Below, one piece after another: positions 1 through 10,074 of a stretch of 64,000 bases of DNA. The notes beneath the pieces are model-generated. The model was not told where the DNA came from and made no database searches. It worked only from the letters and a program-made list of their open reading frames with translations. The stretch comes from Candidatus Latescibacterota bacterium. Its GTDB lineage: Bacteria; Latescibacterota; UBA2968. Position 1 is the first letter of the stretch. The number at the start of each line of letters is the position of its first letter. The stretch is from positions 4,736,001 to 4,800,000 of the forward strand of contig OZ242010.1 in assembly GCA_965204745.1 (NCBI GenBank), given 5' to 3'. The translations under genes were made by a program, and so were the position numbers.

Positions 1-583
1 TCAGAATCAGGGTCTGCCAGAGCCGCCCCATCCGACCATTGCCATCTTCAAAGGGATGAATGAACTCAAACTCATAGTGAAAGACCGAACTGGCAATCAG
101 CGGGTGCTCATCGGTGCTACCCAACCATGCCAACAAATTCGCCATGAGCAGTGGCACGCGCCGGGCCGGCGGGCCGATGTGATGGACTTCGCCACCGCCC
201 ATAACGCCAATGCCGGTGCGGCGGTATTGCCCGGGCGCGTCCAACAAGCCGAGCATCAGAACTCGGTGCGCGTGCAACAGATCGGCCTCGCTACCCGGAT
301 CCCACTGCCGGTATTGGTCGTAGGCTTTGATGGCGTTGCGAACTTCCTGAATATCTCTCAATGGGGCAGCGACCGGTTTGCCATCGAGAATCGTGGAAAC
401 TTGCTCCTCGCTGAGGGTATTGCCCTCAATGCCCAGCGAACCGCGAATCGTGCGAATGAGATTGATGCGCCGCAACCGCAAATTCTGCGAGACACCCGCC
501 GCCTCTGCCCGGCCAATGGCTTCGCCGATTTGTTCGACGCGAAACAGCATGTCCGCCGTGATTGAGTATGGTGGCTTCGTCAT
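1..583 (-). CDS. Fic family protein (3' end runs off the window)
   Basis: Not in the ORF track. Manual minus-strand translation from ATG at 583 gives MTKPPYSITADML...GSLGIEGNTLSEEQV...FHYEFEFIHPFEDGNGRMGRLWQTLIL, which contains the Fic motif HPFxDGNGRxxR. Confidence 0.9.
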   Translation of the reverse strand, partial: MTKPPYSITADMLFRVEQIGEAIGRAEAAGVSQNLRLRRINLIRTIRGSLGIEGNTLSEEQVSTILDGKPVAAPLRDIQEVRNAIKAYDQYRQWDPGSEADLLHAHRVLMLGLLDAPGQYRRTGIGVMGGGEVHHIGPPARRVPLLMANLLAWLGSTDEHPLIASSVFHYEFEFIHPFEDGNGRMGRLWQTLIL

Positions 584-638
584 CCGAACCCCTCAACGCC
601 CTCTCGACACATAAAAAAGAAAGGCGTCATATTTCGTT

Positions 639-2045
639 TTAAGACAACGCCTCAATCCCATTCCAAAACGCCTTGCCCCACTCGCTTTGTGCATCATCCC
701 AATCGTCGCGCCACTGAAACAGGGTAGCGCGCAACGCATTGAGCCTGCCCGCGTGTGCCTCGTCATCCGCCAGATTGTGCAATTCCAGCGGATCGGTTTC
801 CAAATCGAACAACTGAGTCGTGCGCCGCCCATTCACCGCGTATTCAATCAGCTTAAACCGCTCGTCTTTCACCATGCGCTGAAAGCCGCGATAAGCCGCG
901 AACAGGGTCTCGCGCACTTGCACATCGCCATCCTCCATCGCCGAAACCAAACTCGCCCCCTCCACAGAACTCGGCGTATCGACCCCGATCAACGCGCACA
1001 GGGTTGGGAAAATATCGAGCAAATACACATACGCGGATCGCCGCTCGCCCGCAGGCACGCCTGGCCCGGCAAAAATCAGGGGCACGCGCACGCTGTGCTC
1101 GTACATATTCTGCTTGCCCAAAAGCCCGTGTTGCCCCACGGCCAACCCATTATCCCCGGCAAAAACGACGATGGTATTGTCCGCCTTTTTAGATGCGGTC
1201 AGCGCGTCCAACACCCGCCCCATCTGCGCGTCCAAATGCGTAATCATCGCGTAGTACTCGGCAATGTGCCGGCGCACCTTATCGGGATCCCGAGGAAACT
1301 CCTCGAGCACCTCATCGCGCACCTTCAAATCGCCATTGTCAAACGGGTGCCCGCCCATGAAATTCTCCGGAAGCGGCACATCCTCCGGATCGTACATATC
1401 CAAATACGCCTGCGGCATCGTGCGCGGATCGTGCGGGGCCATAAACGAAAGGTACATAAAAAACGGATCATCGGAATCGCACTGCGTCAACCAATCAATC
1501 GCGCCCTCGGCAAACAACTCGCTGGAATGCTTGCCCGCCCTGACGTGGTCCCCCTTCCGAATCTTCAACGCATTTGACCGAAACGCATCTGGGCACTGCG
1601 GCAACACCGAATCGTAGTTGCCGGTCGGATCGTAATCAAACGCGGGCACATTCCAATGATCGTCCATCCCCCCGAAAAAGATCTCTGCCCCATCCGAAAA
1701 GCTGCGGGCAAAAGAAGCCGGGCCATTATGCCATTTTCCCGTGCCCCATGTGCGATAGCCATGGGCCTGCAAATGCTCGCCTAACATCACATGATCTGCG
1801 GGAATGCCCTGCCCCGCGCCCTCGAGGTGAAACAGCGTGCGCCCGGTGTGCAACATCGCCCGGCTCGGCATGCAAATTGCGCCCGACGTCCCCCCGGGAA
1901 TATGCGCGTGCGTGAACGTCGTGCCCTCTGCCACCAGCCGATCCAAAGTCGGCGTTTGCACATCCGCATTGCCCAGCGCGTGAATTGTGTCAAACCGCTG
2001 ATCATCCGTAAAAAAGAACACGATATTCGGCTTCTGATTGCCCAT
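639..2045 (-). CDS. Sulfatase-like hydrolase (choline-sulfatase-like)
   Basis: KPNIVFFFTDDQR, CMPSR (CxPxR), GKWH, GDNG and GKQNMYE motifs. Start taken at MGNQKP after a GGAGG RBS. Confidence 0.9.
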   Translation of the reverse strand: MGNQKPNIVFFFTDDQRFDTIHALGNADVQTPTLDRLVAEGTTFTHAHIPGGTSGAICMPSRAMLHTGRTLFHLEGAGQGIPADHVMLGEHLQAHGYRTWGTGKWHNGPASFARSFSDGAEIFFGGMDDHWNVPAFDYDPTGNYDSVLPQCPDAFRSNALKIRKGDHVRAGKHSSELFAEGAIDWLTQCDSDDPFFMYLSFMAPHDPRTMPQAYLDMYDPEDVPLPENFMGGHPFDNGDLKVRDEVLEEFPRDPDKVRRHIAEYYAMITHLDAQMGRVLDALTASKKADNTIVVFAGDNGLAVGQHGLLGKQNMYEHSVRVPLIFAGPGVPAGERRSAYVYLLDIFPTLCALIGVDTPSSVEGASLVSAMEDGDVQVRETLFAAYRGFQRMVKDERFKLIEYAVNGRRTTQLFDLETDPLELHNLADDEAHAGRLNALRATLFQWRDDWDDAQSEWGKAFWNGIEALS

Positions 2046-2345
2046 ATTATTCCCTCCTGAAAAGTGGTCAATATCTTCGGGCGAGCACGCTACACCCCAA
2101 AAGGTGAGAAGGCAGAGGCAAGACGTGAGAACCACCCCTCTCCCCTCTTGCGTCTTCCCTCTTGCGTCTTCCCTCTTACGTCTCCCCTCTTACGTCTCCC
2201 CTCACCTGAGCAATAAACCTTTCTCCCGCCGCAAAGTCAAGTTCCCAAACAACCACCTCAAAACGCGCTTCTCTTTCTGCTTTCGCTCTGCCGTGTCCCA
2301 TGATATATTGCAACCGACAACCGTCCACTTTTTCGGGGCACCCCC

Positions 2346-3449
2346 ATGAAAACGTTCTGTTTTGCACTCCTCGTCTCGTACATCGCGCTCGCCGGCAACG
2401 CTTATGCCCAACCACCCAACAGAAAGGAATTCGCTATGAAGTATCACATGTACGTCGCGGTCTCTAAAGACCAGAAACTCCTGCGCTACGACATGGACGC
2501 CGACACCGGCGACCTCACCCTCGTCGAAGAAGTTCTCGCCAAAGGCGGCATCGGCCCGCTCTGCACGGATCCGCGGCAAAAATACCTCTACGCGGCCTTG
2601 CGTTCGTCCAAAGAACTCGTCACCTACGGCATTGACCCCGAAACCGGCGCGCTCGACCACATCGCCACAGTGCCCTTTGACGGTGGCTCGTGTTACATCA
2701 GCACGGACAAAACCGGGCGTTATCTTTTTTCCGCGTACTACGGCGAGGGAGCCGTGGCTGTCAACGCCATCGACAACAATGGGGCCGTGCTCGCCCCGCA
2801 TCGCCAGTGGATCCCCACAGACGAACACGCCCACTGCTTCTTTCCCGATCCCTCCAATCGCTACCTGTTCGTGCCGCACACCATGCCGCCCAATGCCATT
2901 TATCAATTCACCTTTGACGAAACCACAGGCGAGTTGGCGGCCAACGCGGTCGCAAAAGTCGATGCGCGCCCTGGCGAAGGCCCGCGCCACTACGAATTTC
3001 ATCCCACCTTGGACGTGGTCTATGTCGCCAATGAAAACGGCTCCAGCGTCACGGTCTATGACCTGAACCCGGACAAGGGCACCCTCACGCGCCGCCAAAA
3101 CCTGTCAACTCTGCCGGCGGGATACGCGGATCACAACACCTGCGCGCAAATCCACATTCACCCCTCGGGCAACTTCCTCTACATCTCCAATCGCGGGCAC
3201 GACAGCATCGCGCGCTATGCGGTTCGAGACGACGGCTCGCTCAAGTCCCTTGGGCAAACCCCCACAGAACCCATCCCTCGACCCTTCAACCTCGACCCCG
3301 AGGGCAACTTCCTCTTTGCCGCCGGTCAAAAATCAGACAAAATGGCCGCGTACCGCATCGACGCCGAAACCGGCGACTTGATGCCCCTCAAAGTCTATGA
3401 CGTGGGCGCGCAACCCATGTGGATCATGATTCTCAAACTCGGGAAGTGA
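2346..3449 (+). CDS. Lactonase family beta-propeller (6-phosphogluconolactonase-like)
   Basis: HAHC, GPRH, YISNRGHDSI and PRPF motifs. An alternative start at MKYHMY (~2436) is possible. Confidence 0.85.
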   Translation: MKTFCFALLVSYIALAGNAYAQPPNRKEFAMKYHMYVAVSKDQKLLRYDMDADTGDLTLVEEVLAKGGIGPLCTDPRQKYLYAALRSSKELVTYGIDPETGALDHIATVPFDGGSCYISTDKTGRYLFSAYYGEGAVAVNAIDNNGAVLAPHRQWIPTDEHAHCFFPDPSNRYLFVPHTMPPNAIYQFTFDETTGELAANAVAKVDARPGEGPRHYEFHPTLDVVYVANENGSSVTVYDLNPDKGTLTRRQNLSTLPAGYADHNTCAQIHIHPSGNFLYISNRGHDSIARYAVRDDGSLKSLGQTPTEPIPRPFNLDPEGNFLFAAGQKSDKMAAYRIDAETGDLMPLKVYDVGAQPMWIMILKLGK

Positions 3450-3459
3450 AAGCGACCCC

Positions 3460-4851
3460 ATGGCCAAAACCCGCAAAACCATCCTCGCGTGGATGATGTA
3501 CGACTTTGCAAACTCCTCCTTTGCCAACAACGTCACCACATTCATCTACGCGACCTTTTTTGCCAAAGTCATCGCTGACAATGAAGTTGCCGGTACGGTT
3601 TTGTGGTCTCGGGGCGTGGCGATCATCATGCTCGTCGTCGGCTTGCTGTCTCCCCCCCTCGGCGCGCTGGCGGACCAAGCCGGGTATCGCAAACGCTTTT
3701 TGATGTGGACCACGCTCCTCGCGGTGGTCTTCACCGCCCTGCTCTATTTCCCTCAACAAGGGCAAGCCACCTTCGCGCTGACCCTCTACATCATCGCCTG
3801 TATCGGCTTTGAAATGGGCACGGTATTCTACAACGCCTTTTTGCCCGACATCGCCCCATCCGAACGCCTGGGCCGCGTTTCGGGACAGGCTTGGGGCATG
3901 GGCTACTTGGGGGGCCTGCTCTCGATGGTCGTGCTCATGGTCGGCTTTGTATCCCCGGAAACCCCGTGGTTTGGCCTGTCCAAAGAAACCCACGCGCACA
4001 TCCGAGCGACCAATATCGGCGTCGCGATCTGGTTCGCGCTCTTCAGCCTGCCGGCCCTGCTCTATTTGCCCGAAACGCCAGCGCGGCAAACCCACCACAA
4101 ACACCTGCTCCTTTCGTCTTACCGCCGCCTGCTCCAAACCTTCGGCGAACTCAAACACTACCGCGAAATTTTCAAACTCTTGCTCGCCCGCCTCGTGTAC
4201 AACGATGGCCTGACCACCATCTTTGCGTTTGGCGGTATTTACGCGGTGGGCACATTTGGCTTTACGCTCGAAGAGGTCCTGCTCTTTGGCATTATTATCA
4301 ACATCGCCGCCGGCATCGGCGCGTGGTGTTTTGGCTTTTTAGACGACCGCATCGGCGGCAAACGCACCATCCAAATCACCTTGATCGGCTTTGTCATCGC
4401 GGCTCTCATCGCCGTCATCCCGCAGGAACGCTTTCAGTCTTGGGTCAACTTCCTGCTCTACGATGCGGGCCTGCTGCTCGGCCTGTTTGCCGACTCAAAC
4501 CCATCGGCCCTCCAATCCTTCATTTTCGATACGAAATTCCAGTTCTGGATCGCGGGCTTGTTGGTCGGCCTATTCGCCGGCCCAAACCAATCGGCCAGCC
4601 GCTCCCTCATGGGGCGTTTTGTACCCCGGAAAAAAGAAACCGAATTTTACGGCTTTTACGCCTTCTCGGGAAAAGCCACCGCCTTTCTCGGCCCCATGCT
4701 CATGGGCATAATCACCGAAGCCTTTCAATCCCAACGCATCGGCATGGCAACCGTGGGCCTGTTCTTCATCGCGGGTAGCCTCCTCCTGCGAACCGTCGAC
4801 GAACGAGCCGGCATCCGCCTAGGCCAATCGCCACCGAGAACAGACCCCTGA
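3460..4851 (+). CDS. MFS transporter, UMF1/ATG22-like
   Basis: AWMMYDFANS, FYNAFLPDI, QSASRSLM and EFYGFY motifs; about 12 hydrophobic segments. Confidence 0.85.
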   Translation: MAKTRKTILAWMMYDFANSSFANNVTTFIYATFFAKVIADNEVAGTVLWSRGVAIIMLVVGLLSPPLGALADQAGYRKRFLMWTTLLAVVFTALLYFPQQGQATFALTLYIIACIGFEMGTVFYNAFLPDIAPSERLGRVSGQAWGMGYLGGLLSMVVLMVGFVSPETPWFGLSKETHAHIRATNIGVAIWFALFSLPALLYLPETPARQTHHKHLLLSSYRRLLQTFGELKHYREIFKLLLARLVYNDGLTTIFAFGGIYAVGTFGFTLEEVLLFGIIINIAAGIGAWCFGFLDDRIGGKRTIQITLIGFVIAALIAVIPQERFQSWVNFLLYDAGLLLGLFADSNPSALQSFIFDTKFQFWIAGLLVGLFAGPNQSASRSLMGRFVPRKKETEFYGFYAFSGKATAFLGPMLMGIITEAFQSQRIGMATVGLFFIAGSLLLRTVDERAGIRLGQSPPRTDP

Positions 4852-4873
4852 TCGCTCGCCCAAAAATTCCCAA

Positions 4874-5001
4874 AACAAAAAAGCCGTTCGCAATGGTCAG
4901 CCCTCGCCCGCTCCCCCAAAGACGAGAAACCCATCGTTGGCCCTCGTGCCCGGCCGAATGTTTTGTCGATGGGCGTTTTGTCGTGTATAAAACAAAAAGC
5001 C
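4874..5001. repeat. 128-bp direct repeat, copy 1
   Basis: Matches 9947..10074 with 8 mismatches by manual alignment. Internal stem AAACCCATCG...CGATGGGCGTTT. Confidence 0.9.
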
Positions 5002-5024
5002 GCTCGCAACAACGAGCGGCTTTT
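4995..5024. terminator. Bidirectional-type intrinsic terminator at the end of the four-gene operon
   Basis: AAAAGCCGCTCG-CAACAA-CGAGCGGCTTTT, 21 nt downstream of the PLD gene stop. Confidence 0.8.
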
Positions 5025-5045
5025 GCTATTCATCGTCCATCTAAT

Positions 5046-5900
5046 TTAGGAATTTCCGGATAGCGTCTCAGGTGCGAGAAATGCGAGCCAATTCTGAACC
5101 GTTTCCATATCTCTTCTCGCCTCGGTGGCACTGAGTTTATAGGTCTCGGCAAGCGAGCGGGATGCAATGAGAACTTCCATGTTGTGTAGTTGTATCACGG
5201 TGTTGGTAAAAGGGGCGGCGAGCAGACAAGCCGAAGCCCACATTCGGATCTGCTCATCGGTCAATCCTGGAGGGATTAGGAGGGCTTGGATATCGCGTCG
5301 CGCCGCTCGTTGCTCATCAAATGAAGCTATCTCGTCTTCTCTGCCTCGATAAGAGCGTTCAAAATTCCGAAAATCACGAGTCGCTGGTCGCCAAGTGTCA
5401 AATCGGGGTTGACCACCAGTAATCACGCTACTGCTTTGATCACTGATCTTGGTTATGGCTTCCCAACGCACGAATTCATCATCGCTTATTTCCCTCGCGC
5501 CTTCCAGCAGGTGCTGTTGAAAGGCATCTACATTGAAGTCGTCGCCAGGGCCACATAAAATCTCCAGATTAGATTGAAGTGACCAACCCAATGCCGAAGC
5601 GGTCAGGTTCGCAGAGCCAATGAGAACCACATCATCGATTCGATAGTATTTGGCGTGCAGAGACGGATGGAGCCTAAACGAACCGCCACGCTCGGTAACA
5701 ATAGTGCGGCATTCGGTATCCGACACACCTAAAGCGAGATCGTGTGGATTCCACCTCGTGATACAGATGAGAGATGTTGTTGAACTAACATCAACCAGAA
5801 TTTTAGTAAGCGCATCAGCCTTGATGTACGGCGCCGCAATGATGAGTTGCTGAGCATCTGAACAAAGGCTACGCAACAGATCTCCTGGCCTGTGATACAT
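5046..5900 (-). CDS. Phospholipase D-like (single HKD) nuclease domain protein
   Basis: LHAKYYRIDDVVLIGSANLT...SNLE is the PLD-nuclease signature. Confidence 0.85.
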   Translation of the reverse strand: MYHRPGDLLRSLCSDAQQLIIAAPYIKADALTKILVDVSSTTSLICITRWNPHDLALGVSDTECRTIVTERGGSFRLHPSLHAKYYRIDDVVLIGSANLTASALGWSLQSNLEILCGPGDDFNVDAFQQHLLEGAREISDDEFVRWEAITKISDQSSSVITGGQPRFDTWRPATRDFRNFERSYRGREDEIASFDEQRAARRDIQALLIPPGLTDEQIRMWASACLLAAPFTNTVIQLHNMEVLIASRSLAETYKLSATEARRDMETVQNWLAFLAPETLSGNS

Positions 5901-5902
5901 GG

Positions 5903-7762
5903 CTATCCGTCTCTCTCTCGCAACTGGCTGATGACCTTATCTACTTGGCGTCCCCAATTTATAGCAATGTCCTGAATACGTGTGCGCTCTTCCCTGGATT
6001 CGGTCTGGTCTTCCATCCGTGCCCAAGACGACAACAATAATCTGATGGCGACAATGGCCTGGAATGCAGGATCGTTCTCGTCGCCATTCTCGTCAAGATG
6101 TCCTTCAACATGCTTGAGCAAGTCGTAGATCGGGTGGTCAGTATTGAGATTGATGTGCAAGACGCCATGGCTAGAGCGCACATTAAATATTTGGTGTCCA
6201 TCCAGTTGGGCAGGATTGAATTGGTATGAAAGTCCCTCTTGCACCAACATCTTTGCGAGTTGTTGCGCCGCTTGATCGGGTTGACCAGATGCGATGAACT
6301 GTTTCGTAAGTCCAGCCTCCCGATCTTCAGATGAAATCAGATCGCGGTCAATATCAGTTTTGGTCCGCGGCTCTTTACCGGCCGCTATAGCATCTCGGTC
6401 TGCGTCGGTGGCAGTCTGCACGGCCTTGTTTTCAGGGCTTCTTCTATCGCCTGCTGTTTTCTCTGGGTCGTCCCGTCTCTGATCAAACATCTGCTTTATT
6501 TGACTCATCATGGCGCGCGTCTGATCACGGATATCTCCTACTATGGTATAGATGATGTCGTCGTCGATTCCCATCTCGTCTAGTATTACCTGATTGGAGC
6601 GGTCATCACGGGCGAGCGTTTTCGCAGCATGTGTGAAATTTGCAGCCATCTGCTTGTTGTGATCTACGCCAAACAACTCATCGCAACTGCGAGGGAAATG
6701 CACCTCACAACCCCACCAGCGATTCTGCGGGTTCTCAGCACTCCCACCTTCTCTAAGAAAGGCGTCTTCGAGCACAATCTCCCTGTCCTCTCGGACGACT
6801 GATACGCCGATGTTGTGTCTGGCGTGAGTACCATGCTTTTCAGCACCGGGATTCTGCGTAACTCTGTTCGTCTGCAAGGCTTCAGGCTTAACGATTGAAT
6901 ACTTCACTTCAATAGTGACCTCTTTGCCCTCCACGGTGGGCGTATATTCTTTTTTAGTCCATTCTCTAAACATCGGTTCGTTACTCCAAGGCCCAGGAGT
7001 AGAGGAAGGATTCATCAGGTAGAGAGGATCGTTTGCGACAATACAATCCTCGCCCTTAATTTCGGTAGGGCGGTTATTAAGAAAAAAGCCGACTCGTATT
7101 TTTGTCATCTCCGCATCAATCCAGTGCCGATGGATCCGACCGACCTCTCGGGCTGTGTGTCTGAGGATCGTGTTGCCGGTTCTCCACTGAATCTTGTCCA
7201 GTTTGGTCCAAACGACAAGCGTACCCGAGCGACGTTCATATATTTTGTCGCTACCGGCCTCCCTCCAGACCTCGGGTATAGGTGTCTCTTGATCGGGAAA
7301 AGGAACCTCATGGTCCCCTTTCTCGATGTCGTCAGAGTCTATGCTGGAGTGCCAGGCCGAATCTATGCCTTCTTGCCATGTCCATACATCCACTCGCTTG
7401 CATTGAGACATTGATGAAGTGGGAAGGCCCATGCCATATTTGCCGATCCCCCTATCCGAATTATGACGGGTTCCCCCGCCAAATTTGAGGGCATCAAGGA
7501 GGGTCTTTACGTCCATCCCATCGCCGTTGTCAAGTACCGCCACTTCGGAAACTCGTCGCCGAGTCTGTGCCCCTACTCTCTGAGGCTCTTCCATGCAGAG
7601 GAGGTCAATCTGTCCAGCATTCGCCTCTATCGAGTTGTCGATGAGTTCGGCAATGGCATACGCGGTGTTGTGATACCTGCTGTCCCGCAGGGCACGGATG
7701 GTAAAATGACCGGGGAATAGGCTACGGTCTGCATCTTTTAGTGCGGCGAGTTGGTCGTCCAT
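5903..7762 (-). CDS. MORC/GHKL (HATPase_c_3-like) ATPase
   Basis: AIAELIDNSIEA, DNGDGM, GKYGMGL and SGTLVVW GHKL motifs. GGAGGA RBS precedes MDDQL. Confidence 0.88.
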   Translation of the reverse strand: MDDQLAALKDADRSLFPGHFTIRALRDSRYHNTAYAIAELIDNSIEANAGQIDLLCMEEPQRVGAQTRRRVSEVAVLDNGDGMDVKTLLDALKFGGGTRHNSDRGIGKYGMGLPTSSMSQCKRVDVWTWQEGIDSAWHSSIDSDDIEKGDHEVPFPDQETPIPEVWREAGSDKIYERRSGTLVVWTKLDKIQWRTGNTILRHTAREVGRIHRHWIDAEMTKIRVGFFLNNRPTEIKGEDCIVANDPLYLMNPSSTPGPWSNEPMFREWTKKEYTPTVEGKEVTIEVKYSIVKPEALQTNRVTQNPGAEKHGTHARHNIGVSVVREDREIVLEDAFLREGGSAENPQNRWWGCEVHFPRSCDELFGVDHNKQMAANFTHAAKTLARDDRSNQVILDEMGIDDDIIYTIVGDIRDQTRAMMSQIKQMFDQRRDDPEKTAGDRRSPENKAVQTATDADRDAIAAGKEPRTKTDIDRDLISSEDREAGLTKQFIASGQPDQAAQQLAKMLVQEGLSYQFNPAQLDGHQIFNVRSSHGVLHINLNTDHPIYDLLKHVEGHLDENGDENDPAFQAIVAIRLLLSSWARMEDQTESREERTRIQDIAINWGRQVDKVISQLRERDG

Positions 7763-9009
7763 AGATCCTCCCAATTTGTGAATGCGTCAGCCACGGACCC
7801 GAATCCCGGAAGATTCGTGTCGGCAACGGTGAGTATCTCGGCTTTTGAGTTTCCGCCAGATCTAGGGCCGCGCATTGCTCGGCCCGCCATCTGCGAATAG
7901 AGCACCAGCGAAGTGGTGGGGCGAGCGATAATGACGCAACGAGTACGGGGCGCATCAAAACCGGCGGTGAGCACGCCATAATTGAATATTACCTTATGCT
8001 CTCTGCTGTCGCTTCTAAAAGCATCGATGATAGCCTGGCGATCTTCGCTAGATGTACTGGCTGTCACCACATCAGTTTCAATCCCTTTGTCTCGAAGGCG
8101 TTTATTGCATTCTAAGGCACTCTCTACCGACGGACAAAACACTATGGTGCGAGGGTGGCGTGCAACAGCATGCTCTGCGAGTTCGACGATCTTGCGCGTG
8201 CGCTGTTGGTCGCGGCCCAATTCATCCAGATCATCCGTGCTGTAATCCATACCGGGTTGAGGATCGGTGATGGCCGTCTCTGACTCAAAGCTGATTGGCA
8301 CAAAGCGCGGATCGGCCAGATACCGGTTTTGGATGAGATAGGTGACGGGGTTGCCGTGTCCGCGTGGATCTATCGAAACTTTGTTGTGATTGAACATGCT
8401 GGCAAGTCGATAGTCCGCATCTGTAAGACTCGAGGTACGTCCCGGCGTGGCCGTAAGCCCGAGAAGTGGCGGCCTAACACTACATAACTGCTCGGTTATG
8501 AAGGAATAGGTTTTTGCAACTGCCTGATGAGCCTCGTCGAAAATAACGGCTACGGCACAGTTCGCAAGGTGTGCAAGAAGGGTATTGTCTTGGAACGCAA
8601 CAGAGCGCAACTTGGCAAGCCCTGTCACCAAGAACCCTGAACGGAGACGCCGTAGATCAAGCGACCGATTGCCCCAGTATCGATGAACGCAGATATCTCT
8701 AAACCCAAGATGAGTCCACGCTTCGGAAAGTGTGTCTGCTGCTTGTTCGCAAAGTTCCTCTGTGGAAGCCAGCCAAATAACAAGGGCGTCCTCAATGTCC
8801 TTGTCGTTTAAGAGACGGCAGGCAGCGTGGGCCGCGATTCTGGTCTTTCCGGCACCGGTAGGTAGATGAGCGACGACTCGACGCTCATGAGATGATAGCG
8901 CACGCAAGAGGTCGGTCAGCACCTGCCGTTGGTATGGATGCAACGGATACTTAGGACGGACCGTTGCCGCGTGTGTCTCAAACACCACAGAGTCCCTCGC
9001 ATTCCTCAT
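7738..9009 (-). CDS. DEAD/DEAH-box SF2 helicase (ResIII-like)
   Basis: LHPYQ, LPTGAGKT, DEAH, GLTATP, GFDAP and QMAGRAMR. Start uncertain (ATG 9009 or a nearby GTG). Confidence 0.9.
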   Translation of the reverse strand: MRNARDSVVFETHAATVRPKYPLHPYQRQVLTDLLRALSSHERRVVAHLPTGAGKTRIAAHAACRLLNDKDIEDALVIWLASTEELCEQAADTLSEAWTHLGFRDICVHRYWGNRSLDLRRLRSGFLVTGLAKLRSVAFQDNTLLAHLANCAVAVIFDEAHQAVAKTYSFITEQLCSVRPPLLGLTATPGRTSSLTDADYRLASMFNHNKVSIDPRGHGNPVTYLIQNRYLADPRFVPISFESETAITDPQPGMDYSTDDLDELGRDQQRTRKIVELAEHAVARHPRTIVFCPSVESALECNKRLRDKGIETDVVTASTSSEDRQAIIDAFRSDSREHKVIFNYGVLTAGFDAPRTRCVIIARPTTSLVLYSQMAGRAMRGPRSGGNSKAEILTVADTNLPGFGSVADAFTNWEDLWTTNSPH

Positions 9010-9847
9010 TGAAAGGATTGATCTCGCTCGACTCTTGTGTTTCTCGTTCTGCGATGACACTGGCGAGAGGGCGACGTGCGGCATGCAAATACGGCCGCCC
9101 GGTCAACAATTTCCGCACTGGATTTTTCTTACTGTGGCGAAGCCATTGATCAAAATGCACAGCTTCCTCATAGCTGTCTGGTTCAGACTGCTTCAGTTCC
9201 AGCCAATGTTCGTCTGACCGATAAGGACAGATGACGCAAGCCGACCGAGGCAGGTAGCGACCTGGGTATTCAGCGTCAAACCACGCCACGCAATCTCCGC
9301 GCGTCATACCAATATCCACCAGAGGCCAGCGGTGTTCGACCCATCGTTCTCGGCTCGGCTTCATGCGGCCCACTTCGTCCAGCGAAATTCCAAGCCACAT
9401 CTCGGCGTGGGTATCTTTTGGAAATGGCCGTCCACGTTGCCCACCCGCGAGTTCTCTGATCCGTCGATAAATGGGTCTGATTTTGTAGTGGTTGGTACAT
9501 TGCCTCCGCAACATTCCCTTTTTTCCGTCCTCATTGACCGTGAACAATGGAACATCGACAAAGCTGTGACCCGACGCCGTGAGGCCCTTTCTGAGATTGG
9601 TTTTCAGATTACCTGCGGACACGCGAATCAATGGATATTGGAGTTGCTCTTCAAGCCAGTCCAGATGTCGATACACATACTCCGGCTCCCATCCAGTGTC
9701 GGCAAAGACAGCGGCGTCAGGCGTGGGATAACCCGCCTCAACCAAGCGCGGATCGGACCTCGACAGAAGAAGTGCCAGAACTGAACTCTGCACGCCAGCC
9801 CCTAAACTCAGGGCACGATAGGTTACGGTGCTTGTCTTCTCGACCAT
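8978..9847 (-). CDS. PAPS-reductase-like / adenine nucleotide alpha-hydrolase (AANH) fold protein with Cys clusters
   Basis: PP-loop-like SLGAGVQSS, FADTG, RQCT..YKI.PI, WLGISLDE..R, SACVICPY and C-terminal ECEGLCGV. Confidence 0.75.
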   Translation of the reverse strand: MVEKTSTVTYRALSLGAGVQSSVLALLLSRSDPRLVEAGYPTPDAAVFADTGWEPEYVYRHLDWLEEQLQYPLIRVSAGNLKTNLRKGLTASGHSFVDVPLFTVNEDGKKGMLRRQCTNHYKIRPIYRRIRELAGGQRGRPFPKDTHAEMWLGISLDEVGRMKPSRERWVEHRWPLVDIGMTRGDCVAWFDAEYPGRYLPRSACVICPYRSDEHWLELKQSEPDSYEEAVHFDQWLRHSKKNPVRKLLTGRPYLHAARRPLASVIAERETQESSEINPFNEECEGLCGV

Positions 9848-9907
9848 TTCGGAAGCCCCCTTGTTCCGTTGTGTAACTTATGTTTAAGACAGATAAACGA
9901 TAGACGG

Positions 9908-9936
9908 ATTATAGTCAGTAGTGGTAGCGAGGTCAA
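9908..9936 (-). promoter_or_regulatory. Sigma70 promoter of the four-gene operon
   Basis: Minus strand TTGACC-17 bp-TATAAT, about 60 nt upstream of ATG 9847. Confidence 0.8.
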
Positions 9937-9946
9937 GGGAGATGTG

Positions 9947-10074
9947 AACAAAAAAGCCGCTCGCAATGGTCAGCCCTCGCCCACTCCCCCAAAGGCGAGA
10001 AACCCATCGTTGGCCCCCGTGCCCGCCCGAATGTTTTGTCGATGGGCGTTTTGTCGCGTGCAAAACAAAAAGCC
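9947..10074. repeat. 128-bp direct repeat, copy 2
   Basis: About 94% identical to 4874..5001. Confidence 0.9.

Noticed and set aside
56-565. 169-aa plus-strand ORF
   Set aside because: Antisense shadow of the minus-strand Fic gene.
4874-5001. 128-bp repeat as an integron attC site or a tRNA-derived att site
   Set aside because: No clear RYYYAAC/GTTRRRY boxes, no tRNA features and no integrase in the window.
8978-9847. Calling the gene dndC, sspD or cysH
   Set aside because: The motifs differ (SLGAGVQS rather than SGGKDS) and no dnd/ssp partners or sulfate-assimilation genes are adjacent; only fold-level similarity is claimed.
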